Assembly (NCBI GenBank): GCA_963788195.1
Contig: CAWBGA010000008.1
Location: 1 to 64,000, forward strand
Source of the DNA: Nitrospirota bacterium
GTDB taxonomy: Bacteria > Nitrospirota > Nitrospiria > Nitrospirales > NS-4
Length of the DNA stretch: 64,000 nucleotides
Direction: 5' to 3'
Made by a program: the position numbers and the translations under genes. This document shows, piece after piece, positions 41,129 to 51,200 of this stretch (position 1 is its first letter; each line of letters starts with the position of its first letter). Below the pieces are notes generated by a model. It was not told the DNA's origin. It worked only from the letters and a program-made list of their open reading frames with translations, and ran no database searches.

Positions 41129-43069
41129 CTAATTCGTCGAACGTTTTTCATCATAGCGGCGAACGAGGTCGGAGAATGACGGGCACGTGATAGTTGTATC
41201 CCGCAGCAATTCCTCCTCAAGTGTTGTCAGCGGACAGGTGCCGCCCGCGATGCGGATTTTGGCGCAGTCGATGGCGGGCTTGTACACTGTCCCAATCACA
41301 TACCCCAACCAAAAGGCTTGCCGCACTTGTGTAGGGCTTAGCTCGGAGAGCGTGGTGAAGCCTCGCACCTTGTGCTGGATCTCAGCAGCGGTTTCCGTTT
41401 CCTTGTCTGCGAATAGGCATCGCGGATAGCGCTTCAAGACACTTTCCATAGCCATCGCAGTCATGGGCATCGCCACGGAAACGAGCTCCATGGGCGCTCC
41501 CTCTTTCAGCTCAGGATCAATCCCAGCATAGGACACAAGGCCAGTCTGCATGCTGACCGGCTCCTTTGTAATCCACGAGAGCGGCTCGCGCACGCCAGTG
41601 TAGCGGACGTAGAGGTCGCGGTGAAACACCTCGTACGCGACGCTCTGGCTCTTGCTCAAAAGAGTCACGATGTCCACCCGGGGCCGTAGCGCGCCTGGCG
41701 TGCCGTAGCCGCCGGCATCTGAGATGATCAGAAGCTGAGGCTTTGCCGGCAGCGTTCCATTCGCCTTCCTGAGCGTTAAGTAGCGCCGCAAGCCCTCGAC
41801 GCCGAAGTTTTCATACACGCCGCCATCCACGAATCGCCTTGCCTTGACCGTGTTCAAATCCGGCTCTTCGCTGTTCACCACCCATGGAACCGTTACGGGC
41901 TGAAACGGACCCGGATACGCACCGGATGCCCCTACGACATCTGCAACCAGGATCGTTTCATCCAAGGATTTTCCGTCCACGGCGGCCGCGGGCGCGCGGC
42001 CTTTGAAGAACACTTCACGCGCCGCGTAGCTCTCAACTTCGAGATCCGTCGCATTCACAAGCAGCAACGGCACATCGGGCAGATCTTTCAGACGCGCATC
42101 GCCGTAAAACGCCCGCCTGAAATGATTGCGCTGGATATGGCTGGGGGGCGGAAGGATAAGATCTTGGAATAGCGAGAACACGTTCAGCACCATGTCCGTC
42201 GCCAACCCGGGCGTCTTCTGCGCGAGATGCTGCGCAAACTCGACGGGTGGAATGCCGAGCGCATAAGCTGCGCCGATGATCGAGCCACCGGAGACGGTTG
42301 TCAGTAGATCGATCCGCACGCACTGTTCATCCAAGGCCGTAAGCAGACCCGCATGCGTCAGAGCGGCCCGATAGCCTCCGCCTGACAGAGCCACCGCCAC
42401 GCGGATTGGCTCTTCTGATTTCGAGCCAGTGCTGCAGCGCGCGAGGGCGGGCGTTGTGGACTGAGCTTTTTCGGTGGACACCGTTTTCCAATACCAAGTC
42501 GCGATCGTGTCTGCCGACGACACATAGCTCAATGCCAAAGAGGCACTAAGCCATCCCAACACCGCCGGCGCCAGTAGGAGCGCCAACGATACATAGCCCC
42601 TGTTGCGGTTTCGCTCGCCTATTGCGAGAAAAAGAAGACCCCCCACCAAAAGTGCGACGACGCTGGTGAACCACCGATTCTGCCACGCCAAGTGCAAGAA
42701 ACCGCTGAAAAGGACAAGGGGAAAGAGTGATGATACAAGCCCGACGGCAAGTAGCCACCATGGCAGTGTCGAACTTGGAGAGTCTTCCACTAACGGCTGC
42801 TTGTTCGATCGAATCTTCCGGACAATCACCCAGTCAAGAATCGCAGCGGTTCCGGCCGCAACTGAAAAACCAAAAATAAGCGGGCCCCACGGACCGCCCA
42901 GATACCACCAGACCCCGCTCAGCGCGAGGTTCAAAACAAGCTGCCCGATGACAAGGAAGAGGAGGAGTTCGTACTGCGCCCGCCGAACGTCTGCCTGCCG
43001 ATCTTCCTCAAGGAGCGCTTTATAATCCATGGTTGCCGGAGCGAGTCCCTTCTGACTACCGATACGCAT
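41129..43069 (-). CDS. Membrane-anchored patatin-like phospholipase
   Basis: About 5 N-terminal TM helices; LSGGGYRA, TVSGGS nucleophile, VNATDL, DGGVYEN; alternative start 43030. Confidence 0.85.
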   Translation of the reverse strand: MRIGSQKGLAPATMDYKALLEEDRQADVRRAQYELLLFLVIGQLVLNLALSGVWWYLGGPWGPLIFGFSVAAGTAAILDWVIVRKIRSNKQPLVEDSPSSTLPWWLLAVGLVSSLFPLVLFSGFLHLAWQNRWFTSVVALLVGGLLFLAIGERNRNRGYVSLALLLAPAVLGWLSASLALSYVSSADTIATWYWKTVSTEKAQSTTPALARCSTGSKSEEPIRVAVALSGGGYRAALTHAGLLTALDEQCVRIDLLTTVSGGSIIGAAYALGIPPVEFAQHLAQKTPGLATDMVLNVFSLFQDLILPPPSHIQRNHFRRAFYGDARLKDLPDVPLLLVNATDLEVESYAAREVFFKGRAPAAAVDGKSLDETILVADVVGASGAYPGPFQPVTVPWVVNSEEPDLNTVKARRFVDGGVYENFGVEGLRRYLTLRKANGTLPAKPQLLIISDAGGYGTPGALRPRVDIVTLLSKSQSVAYEVFHRDLYVRYTGVREPLSWITKEPVSMQTGLVSYAGIDPELKEGAPMELVSVAMPMTAMAMESVLKRYPRCLFADKETETAAEIQHKVRGFTTLSELSPTQVRQAFWLGYVIGTVYKPAIDCAKIRIAGGTCPLTTLEEELLRDTTITCPSFSDLVRRYDEKRSTN

Positions 43070-43388
43070 CTTTGCGATGGCCGATTCTGAGCACTAGTAT
43101 GACCAGGAGTTATTGCTGGATCTCGTAAATGATCCGGAACTTCCCGCTGCGTCCGCGGTACAGTCCGTTAAACTCGCCGGTTGCTTACTCATTAGAATTC
43201 ACTTGCGAAATAACCGGCATTCTGTCTCACACCGGATGGAACTGAAGAGGAATCAATATGCACCAAGAGATGAGGTGACAACACTACGACTTCCTGGCAA
43301 TATTCACGCTCCATTATTCTTCTCTGACCGCCAACATGGATGTGAGCGTTAATCTGAGTGCTCAACAAATAACCGCCAAGGAGGAGGC

Positions 43389-44192
43389 ATGAAGTATCCT
43401 AGTCTGACTCGTCTAGCACGTATTCCATTAGCACGTATTCCATTACTTACTGCTGTCACATTTTTCCTTCTAATAGGCGTAACAGTCAAGGACTCGCATG
43501 CCATCTCGCTGGCGGAAATTCCCGCTATGACGACAGAGATGCTGGTCCAATCATTTGGTCTCTCCGTCGGGGATACGCTAAAGTATACCGGCGTCGGGAC
43601 GTCTTCTTTTCCATGGCAGATTTCATTAGGAGGAACCTATGCCGGATTGCCTGTGAATCTCATATTCACAAGTCTGCCAGGAGGAACATCCTTTACCTCG
43701 ACGGGGACGATAGGCTCTTTTCCCTGGACTGGTTCTGGGTCCTGGGTTGAAACAATGACGGGTCCCACCACGCTCGAGGCAGACCTCAACCTGGCAGCGA
43801 CCATCTCGGGGCTAAGCGGGCCCAAAGGGAAACCCGATGGGCACAGTCACATCGTGGAAACGGATACGGGTGCAATCAATTTTATCGCGCCCACATCCCA
43901 CACCTTCGACATCACGTTAGATGGAACCGTTGTTTATACCGACCACGGCACCGGCAGCCACGCGGGACGGACTCTTCTCTTACCGCCTCCTCCACAGGTA
44001 TTGCCGGAAGCATGGAATTCCAGCCATCTTGCATTACAAGGAAGTTTTACGCTAGGGCAGCCCAATGTCGATTTGTTTACCTTAAATGGCTCTATCGGAG
44101 TTGTGCCTGAGCCGTCAACCTGGTCCTTACTGCTGACCGGTTTAGCCTGCTTAGTAGGCTATGCCTGGCGACGTCAGAAGCAAACTGTTTAG
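43389..44192 (+). CDS. PEP-CTERM sorting-domain surface protein
   Basis: Signal peptide; Thr/Ser/Gly-rich body; VPEPSTWSLLLTGLACLVGYAWRRQK; GGAGG RBS. Confidence 0.9.
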   Translation: MKYPSLTRLARIPLARIPLLTAVTFFLLIGVTVKDSHAISLAEIPAMTTEMLVQSFGLSVGDTLKYTGVGTSSFPWQISLGGTYAGLPVNLIFTSLPGGTSFTSTGTIGSFPWTGSGSWVETMTGPTTLEADLNLAATISGLSGPKGKPDGHSHIVETDTGAINFIAPTSHTFDITLDGTVVYTDHGTGSHAGRTLLLPPPPQVLPEAWNSSHLALQGSFTLGQPNVDLFTLNGSIGVVPEPSTWSLLLTGLACLVGYAWRRQKQTV

Positions 44193-44321
44193 CTGTCAGA
44201 AGCCGGAATGGTAAGCGGCGAGAAGGAAATCTATCTAAAATCTGGGCGCGGATACAAAATGTTGTTGAAAGCTAAAAGGGTGGAACCCTGATTGGCGCAC
44301 GCTATCGCCTGGACTTGGCAG

Positions 44322-45111
44322 CTACGGATTGGATTTGCTTCCACAGGCATAGCTGACGCAGCCTGATGTCTCCAAGATCGAGATTTTGGGGTTCGCACCC
44401 TTGCGTTTGACAGAAAATTTGACCCACGCAAAGTTGTTAGACTCGTTGCTCTCTTTCCAGTGATTTTCTGGATCGGCCAAATGAGTTAGATAATACACGC
44501 CTTCCTGAATTCCGGTGATGTCCAACTCCTGAAGCGGGGTGGACTGATGGTAATCGTCTCCCCATCCTACGGAGATGCCCTGTAATGCGGCATTGCAGTC
44601 AAAATAGAAGCGGTTGCTGCCTTTGGTGACGAGGGCCGTCTGGTCTGTGTCAACCAGGCAGAACGTAATCTTCACTCCATTATTGACCAGCGAGGCCATC
44701 GAGCGAGGTCTTGCGAACTTCGAAGCGGGCAACGCCACTTTGATGCCAGTGGTTGTGCTGCGCATGGAAGAAGGCGACTCCGGCCGGCTGTGAATAGACA
44801 ATGTTCCCACCGGCGTCAAGGACCTCCTGCGTCGCATGAGTACACTGATCAATCGCTGTCCCGTCGATCACGCACGGGGCGACCTCCCCGCCGCCGCGAA
44901 CCTGCAATGGCCCATCCCCAATATTGATGTGAGTGGTAGAGAACCGCAACATCTCTCGCTGATGCTCGTTCTGAATCTGGAGATGAGCGATCTGTTCTAC
45001 GATATCGGGATACAAGGGAACGGCCTGCGCCCTCGCCATACCCGCAGTAACGCACACAGCCACTGCTATAAAAGCTGAACCGACTATGCACCCACGTTTG
45101 CCCTGCAGCAT
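44322..45111 (-). CDS. Secreted lysyl-oxidase-family protein, frameshifted at ~44690
   Basis: Signal peptide; LRFST..INIGDGPL; HAQHNHWH; KITFCLVD; QGISVGWGDDY; LDITGI...DPEN...ESNESNN. Confidence 0.8.
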
Positions 45112-45320
45112 ATGAGCCTCGCTGAAAAGCCCGGATCGCCCGACAGATTGGGACGCAGCAAGGCTCTTCTATCTTGAATGTGAGACAGACTTTAGCCAGT
45201 GCAATGTGCGCGCAACCCGAATCAATGTCAAGGTTTCACCTGTGGCACTGTCGCTTAGGAAAAAACGAGGTGATGACCACGAAGAGATTTGCGAAACTTT
45301 GTTCGCTCAGAATGACACGG

Positions 45321-46100
45321 CTACTTGCCGGCGATCACGTTCCTCATGGCGTGGTGGACAAGGCCGTTGGACGCCAAGGTCTGTGTTCCGTGGACGGAGA
45401 AGGGATTTCCGAGGAAATCCGTAATATTCCCTCCTGCCTCAAAGACCAACAAGCTTCCCGCCGCGATATCCCATGGTTTCAGGCCTGATTCCCAAAAGCC
45501 ATCTATGCGACCGGCTGCTACATAGCTGAGATCGATGGCGGCTGAACCTGTGCGCCGCACACCTTGTGATTCCAATGCAAAGCGCGAGAAGTAGGGCAGA
45601 TTTTCGGTACGGCCTGTATGATCATAGGGAAACCCCGTCACCAGTAACGCCTTTTTTAGATCCGTGACCTTCGAAACATGAATTCGCTCTCCATTCAAAA
45701 AAGCACCCTGCCCAGCTTGCGCCTCAAACAACTCTCGCCGAAGGGGGTCATAGACCACGCCCAGTACCATGCGGCCCTCGGCTTCAAGTCCGATCGAGAC
45801 GCAGAACATCGGGAAGCCATGGGCAAAATTCGTAGTACCGTCTAGCGGATCGACGTACCACCGGTACGTGGAGGGCTTTCGTAAAGCTTCGCCGCCTTCC
45901 TCAGCCAATATGTGATGATCGGGGAAGGCCGAGCTCAGAAGTTCTACAATGGCCGCTTCCGAACTCCGGTCCACCTCAGTGACGAGGTTTGTCAGAGTCT
46001 CCTGCTTGTAATAGACCTGAAAATCGGTGCGGTACGCGTCGGCAATTATCTTTCCGGCTTGCTGCGCAGCGGCCACCGCGACCGTTCGAAAGTCCTGCAT
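45321..46100 (-). CDS. suhB: Inositol monophosphatase family protein
   Basis: LVTEVD, DPLDGTTNF, RRTGSAA, WDIAAG; GAGGAG before ATG 46100. Confidence 0.88.
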   Translation of the reverse strand: MQDFRTVAVAAAQQAGKIIADAYRTDFQVYYKQETLTNLVTEVDRSSEAAIVELLSSAFPDHHILAEEGGEALRKPSTYRWYVDPLDGTTNFAHGFPMFCVSIGLEAEGRMVLGVVYDPLRRELFEAQAGQGAFLNGERIHVSKVTDLKKALLVTGFPYDHTGRTENLPYFSRFALESQGVRRTGSAAIDLSYVAAGRIDGFWESGLKPWDIAAGSLLVFEAGGNITDFLGNPFSVHGTQTLASNGLVHHAMRNVIAGK

Positions 46101-46316
46101 AGGCTCCTCACGTGTAATAGTGGGGTCAAGGTCGATTTTTCGCGGATGTACACAGCCCTGGAAAAAAGAATCTTTGGAATCGACTCGGACTCCAGTTTTA
46201 CACTGGTCACCGCACCTTGACAACTCTTTCCACTTCGGGTTCCACTAGTGTTGGTCAGGAATTTGTTTTGAGAAGGCTTATGAGCAAGCAGAACCCGGGC
46301 GCAGTACACAACCTCC

Positions 46317-47780
46317 ATGAAGGAAAGCATGGGACAGGCCTTGGTTGACGTTCTGTCTATGCCGCGCTCGCCGCGCTCGCCATTTACGATTCTTGTCGTC
46401 GAGGCTGACCCGTCGGACGCAGAATTGATGCTCAAAGCCATTGAGCAGGCAGATCTACGCACCCTTGGGGGGGAGATCGACATTCAGGTTCGGTCGACGG
46501 CGGAGGGTGCTGTGCGCCTCCTCGGTGAGCGGCCAATTGATCTTGTCTTGACAGATTTTGTCCTGCCGGGGATGGACGGGCTGGATCTCGTCAATCATAT
46601 TCAGAAACTGGATTCGAACCTGCCGATTATCGTCGTCACACGAATGAACAGCGTGCAGACAGTGGTGGATGCAATGCGTCGAGGCGCTTACGATTACATC
46701 CTGAAACCCGTCAGTCCTACGGACCTCGGCATGCGTCTGCACCGCGCTATTCGAACCTCTGAAATCCTGCGCTTCAATTCCGCCTTTAAGAGGACCGCGC
46801 AACATCAGTCACGAACCGGAAGCCTTGTCGGAGCCAGTCCGGCATTCCAGGAAGTGCTCCGTCTGATACATGAAGCAGCAAGCGGCAGGTCCACGGTGCT
46901 TATTACCGGAGAAACGGGAACGGGCAAGGGCTTGATCGCCCGGGCCATCCATGAGCAGAGCCGGGAGCGGGAACATCCCTATCAGGTTATTGATTGCACA
47001 AGCATGCCCGAAGGAATGGTTGAAAGTGAGCTATTTGGGCATGTGCGCGGGGCCTTTACTGGAGCTGTTGCCGATAAGCCGGGGCTGATTGAGCTGGCTC
47101 AGGGTGGCACCGCCTTCCTCGATGAAATCGGTGAACTGCCGCCCGCATTGCAAGCAAAAATTTTACATGTCTTGGAGGAGAATGAGGTCAGACGAGTCGG
47201 TGGGACCCGTACCAAACGCGTGGAGACGCGATTCATCGCGGCTACAAACCAAGACTTGGAGGAGAAAGTCCAACGGGGGTCATTTCGCAAAGACTTGTAT
47301 TATCGTCTTGCCGTCATCGTCATCGACGTGCCGCCATTGCGGAACCGTCAGGAAGATGTCGCACCCATCGCCCGGCATCTCTGCTCCGAATTCGGGCGCG
47401 AAATGGGGAAGCCTCGCTGCTCTCTTGACTCCTCTGCCATCACCGAACTGACCTCCTACGACTGGCCCGGGAATGTTCGAGAATTGAGGAACGTCATAGA
47501 GAGGGCGGTGATGCTTGCCACAGATAACACGATTACGGCGGACGACATCAAGGCCTTCCTTCCCGTCAAGAAGAAAACCACTGCCACAGGCGACCTGCTG
47601 GATACTTCTGTTCCTTATTTAGAAGCCAAACAAAAGGTTGTCGCCGATTTCACGTCCAGCTATCTCCGGGCTCAACTCTCCGTTCATTCCGGGCATATCA
47701 CCAAAGCCGCAGAGGCAAGCGGAATACAACGCCACTATTTCTCCCAACTCATGCAGCGATACTTGGATCAGAAAGATTAG
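46317..47780 (+). CDS. sigma54-dependent response regulator (REC-AAA+-HTH) upstream of nxrAB
   Basis: LTDFVLPGMDG, GETGTGK, GAFTGA, WPGNVREL, C-terminal HTH; no adjacent kinase; start uncertain (46317/46329/46359). Confidence 0.92.
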   Translation: MKESMGQALVDVLSMPRSPRSPFTILVVEADPSDAELMLKAIEQADLRTLGGEIDIQVRSTAEGAVRLLGERPIDLVLTDFVLPGMDGLDLVNHIQKLDSNLPIIVVTRMNSVQTVVDAMRRGAYDYILKPVSPTDLGMRLHRAIRTSEILRFNSAFKRTAQHQSRTGSLVGASPAFQEVLRLIHEAASGRSTVLITGETGTGKGLIARAIHEQSREREHPYQVIDCTSMPEGMVESELFGHVRGAFTGAVADKPGLIELAQGGTAFLDEIGELPPALQAKILHVLEENEVRRVGGTRTKRVETRFIAATNQDLEEKVQRGSFRKDLYYRLAVIVIDVPPLRNRQEDVAPIARHLCSEFGREMGKPRCSLDSSAITELTSYDWPGNVRELRNVIERAVMLATDNTITADDIKAFLPVKKKTTATGDLLDTSVPYLEAKQKVVADFTSSYLRAQLSVHSGHITKAAEASGIQRHYFSQLMQRYLDQKD

Positions 47781-47928
47781 TTCATCACCCCGCCGTTACC
47801 AACAGAACACTGCTGGCTATTCTTTAAATCTTGCGGCTGTTTCTCAATTGTAACGTTCTCATCGCATAGAGACAAAATTCACCCTCCGCCGTTCCCGCAT
47901 ATACTCTATTCTACTTAGATTTTCTGCC

Positions 47929-48016
47929 CGTACACTTTTGTGTACGTTGGTGTAATGCCGCGTGTACTTTGATAAATTCTCATCTGTCCCTCATACTCCG
48001 TACACAACTGTGTTCG
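47929..48016. promoter_or_regulatory. Two palindromic candidate enhancer (UAS) sites
   Basis: CGTACAC-TTTT-GTGTACG (47929-47946) and CGTACAC-AACT-GTGTTCG (47999-48016), 70 bp apart, both followed by TTG. Confidence 0.6.
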
Positions 48017-48135
48017 TTGTCTTGAGATGCCGCACCGCTATAAAGCCAACACATGGTGGTTCCATTCCTGATTTTATTAGTACTTTCAACAACTTCTCGC
48101 AGCCTCTGATCCTCAGACTATCAATCAAACCCAAG

Positions 48136-48151
48136 TGGCAGTGCCTTTGCT
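48136..48151 (+). promoter_or_regulatory. sigma54 (-24/-12) promoter of nxrAB
   Basis: TGGCAGTGCCTTTGCT with exact GG-N10-GC spacing, downstream of a bEBP gene. Confidence 0.75.
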
Positions 48152-48289
48152 ATCAAGAGGCCCTGAAGGGGAAGTTATGGTCACACCACGCTCGGATCGG
48201 AAGGAGGTAGAAGGCTCCCATGGAACGGGGCTGCCAACAGCACAGGTTCATCTTCGGTCCTTTGTCACCTTAGACAGGAGGTTTCGATA

Positions 48290-51200
48290 ATGTTTTTCAC
48301 AAGACGGCAGTTCTTAAAGACTTCGGCGGGGACCATCGCCGCAGTCGCCATCGCCGATCAGGTGCTTGCGTTGACGGCCTTACAGCCGGTCATCGAAGTG
48401 GGAAATCCTCTCGGCGAGTACCCTGACCGCTCCTGGGAGCGGGTGTACCACGATCAGTATCGGTATGACTCCTCGTTCACGTACATCTGTACCCCGAACG
48501 ACACGCACGCCTGTCGCGTGCGCGCCTTCGTGCGCAACGGTGTCGTGATGCGCGTGGAGCAGAACTACGATCATCAGAGCTATGAAGACCTCTACGGAAA
48601 TCGCGGCACGTTCGCGTGGAATCCGCGCATGTGCCTCAAGGGATACACCTTCCATCGCCGGGTCTATGGACCCTATCGATTGAAGGGACCAATGCTGCGG
48701 AAGGCATGGAAGCAGTGGGTCGATGACGGCTGCCCGGAACTGAGTCCGGAGGTTAAGACCAAGTACAAGTTCACGAGCCGCGGCGAAGACGACATGCTGC
48801 GCGTGTCATGGGACACGGCCTTCACCTATCTTGCGAAAGCCCAGGTGAAGATCGCCGAGCGGTACTCGGGTGAATCCGGAGCGCGGAGACTGCGCGAGCA
48901 GGGCTATCCACCGGAAATGATCGAAGCCATGAAGGGCGGCGGGGTCCGTACCTTCAAATATCGCCCGGGGATGGCATTGCTGGGCCTTATCGGCAAGATC
49001 GGGATCGGGCGAATGGACAGCGCGAATCTGGCCTTGCTTGATTCCTGGATCCGGAAGGTCGGCAATGATAAGGCGGTCGGCGGCCGGACCTGGTCAAGCT
49101 ACACCTGGCACGGCGACCAGAATCCCGCGCATCCATTCTGGTGCGCGGTGCAAACATCCGATATCGACCTCGTCGACATGCGCTTCTCCAAGCTGCATAC
49201 GAGCTGGGGCAAGAACTTCGTCGAGCACAAGATGCCGGAAGCTCACTGGATGATCGAGTGCATGGAGCGTGGCGGCCGGCTGGTCAGCATCGCGCCGGAA
49301 TATAACCCCCCGGCGTCGAAGGCCGATTATTGGATGCCCGTTCGTCCGGGTGGTGACGGCGCCCTGTTCCTCGGAACGCTGAAAATTCTCATGGACGAGA
49401 ACCTGTACGACACGGACTTCTGTAAGCAGTACACGGACATGCCGATTCTCGTCAGAACCGACACACTGACCTACCTCGATCCGCGAGACGTCATCAAGGA
49501 CTATAAGCTTGCGGATCTGTCCAAGGCCTACACCGCCAAGGTGCAGGCGATTAAAGACGACTATCGGGACCGCCTTGGGGACTTCATGGTCTGGGATAGC
49601 GGCAAAAACCAGGCAATCCCCATGCACCGAGAGCAGGTCGGGTATCACATGCTCAGTGCCGGCATTGATCCCGCACTGGAAGGCACCTACCGGGTGAAGT
49701 TACTGGACGGCAAGGACGTAGACGTCATGCCGGTCTTTCAGATGTACAAGATCCACGTTCAGGATTTCGATCTGGACACCACGGCACAGATCACGAATAC
49801 ACCAAAAGATCTGATCGTGCGGTGGGCCAGAGATTCAGGCACCATCAAGCCGCACGCCATCCATAACGGCGAAGGCGTGGCGCACTGGTTCCACTGCACC
49901 GCCAATGGTCGCGGAGCGGCAATGGTGGTGATCATTACCGGGAACGTCGGCAAGTTCGGCGCGGGGCAGTATACCTGGGCAGGCAACTTTAAGACCGGTA
50001 TTCCACACGGCACGCCGTGGTCCGGGGTGGGCATCGGGGCCTGGGGCGCCGAAGACTCTTGGAACCTGAATCTTAACGCGAACGCGCATGGCAAAGAAGT
50101 CGTGACGAAGTACTACGCCTATGGCGAAGAGCCGGCGTACTGGAACCATGGCGACCGGGCGCTGATCGTGAACACCCCGAAGTACGGACGTAAGGTGTTC
50201 ACGGGCAAGACCCACATGCCGACGCCGACCAAGGTCCAGTGGACCGTGAACGTAAACATCCTGAACAACGCGAAGTACCACTACGACATGGTCAAAAACG
50301 TGGATCCGAGCTGCGAATGCATCGTGGTCCAGGATCTGGAGATGACGTCGGGAGTGAACTACGCGGATGTTGCGTTTGCCATCAACTCGTGGATGGAGTT
50401 CACCTATCCCGAGATTACCGCCACCTGTTCAAATCCGTGGTGGCAGATGTGGAAAGGCGGCATCAAGCCTCTGTATGACACCAGGAACGACTTGGACTGC
50501 TATGTCGGCGTGGCCCAAAAGTGGACCGAGATGAGCGGCGACAAGCGGTTCGTGGATACCTGGAAGTTCGTCATCGAAAACAAGGTCGATGTGTACATCC
50601 AGCGGGTGCAGGACGCGTCGTCCACCCTCTACGGCTACAACGCAAAGACTATTCTCCAGTCGGAGAAGGGCTGGTTTGTCATGGTCCGGACGTATCCTCG
50701 GATGCCGTTCTGGGAGCATGTCAACGAGGCCAAGCCGATGTGGACCCGTACCGGTCGGTTTGAGAATTACCGGGTCGAGCCCGAGTGCATCGAGTACGGC
50801 GAAAACTTCATCGTGCACCGGGAGGACCCGGAAGGCACGCCGTACCTGCCGAACGTCATCATCAGCACCAACCCGCATGTACGCCCGGATGACTACGGCA
50901 TTCCGATCACGGCGATGCATCATGACGACCGTCATGTGCGCAACACCAAGCTGCCGTGGACGGAAGGGCGCAAGCACGTGAACCCGTTATGGGAGAAGGG
51001 GTATCAGTTCTACTGCGTCACCCCGAAGACCCGGCACCGGGTGCACAGCCAGTGGTCGGTCAATGACTGGATCCAGATGTTCGAATCGAACTTCGGCGAC
51101 CCCTACCGCATGGACAAGCGCACGCCGGGGGTCGGCGAGCATCAGATGCATGTGAATCCGATGGCCGCGAAGGACCGGGGCATTAACGACGGTGACTACA

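Noticed and set aside
43295..43310. sigma54 promoter (TGGCAATATTCACGCT) for the PEP-CTERM gene
   Set aside because: GG/GC spacing fits but the -12 element is weak and no enhancer motif was recognised
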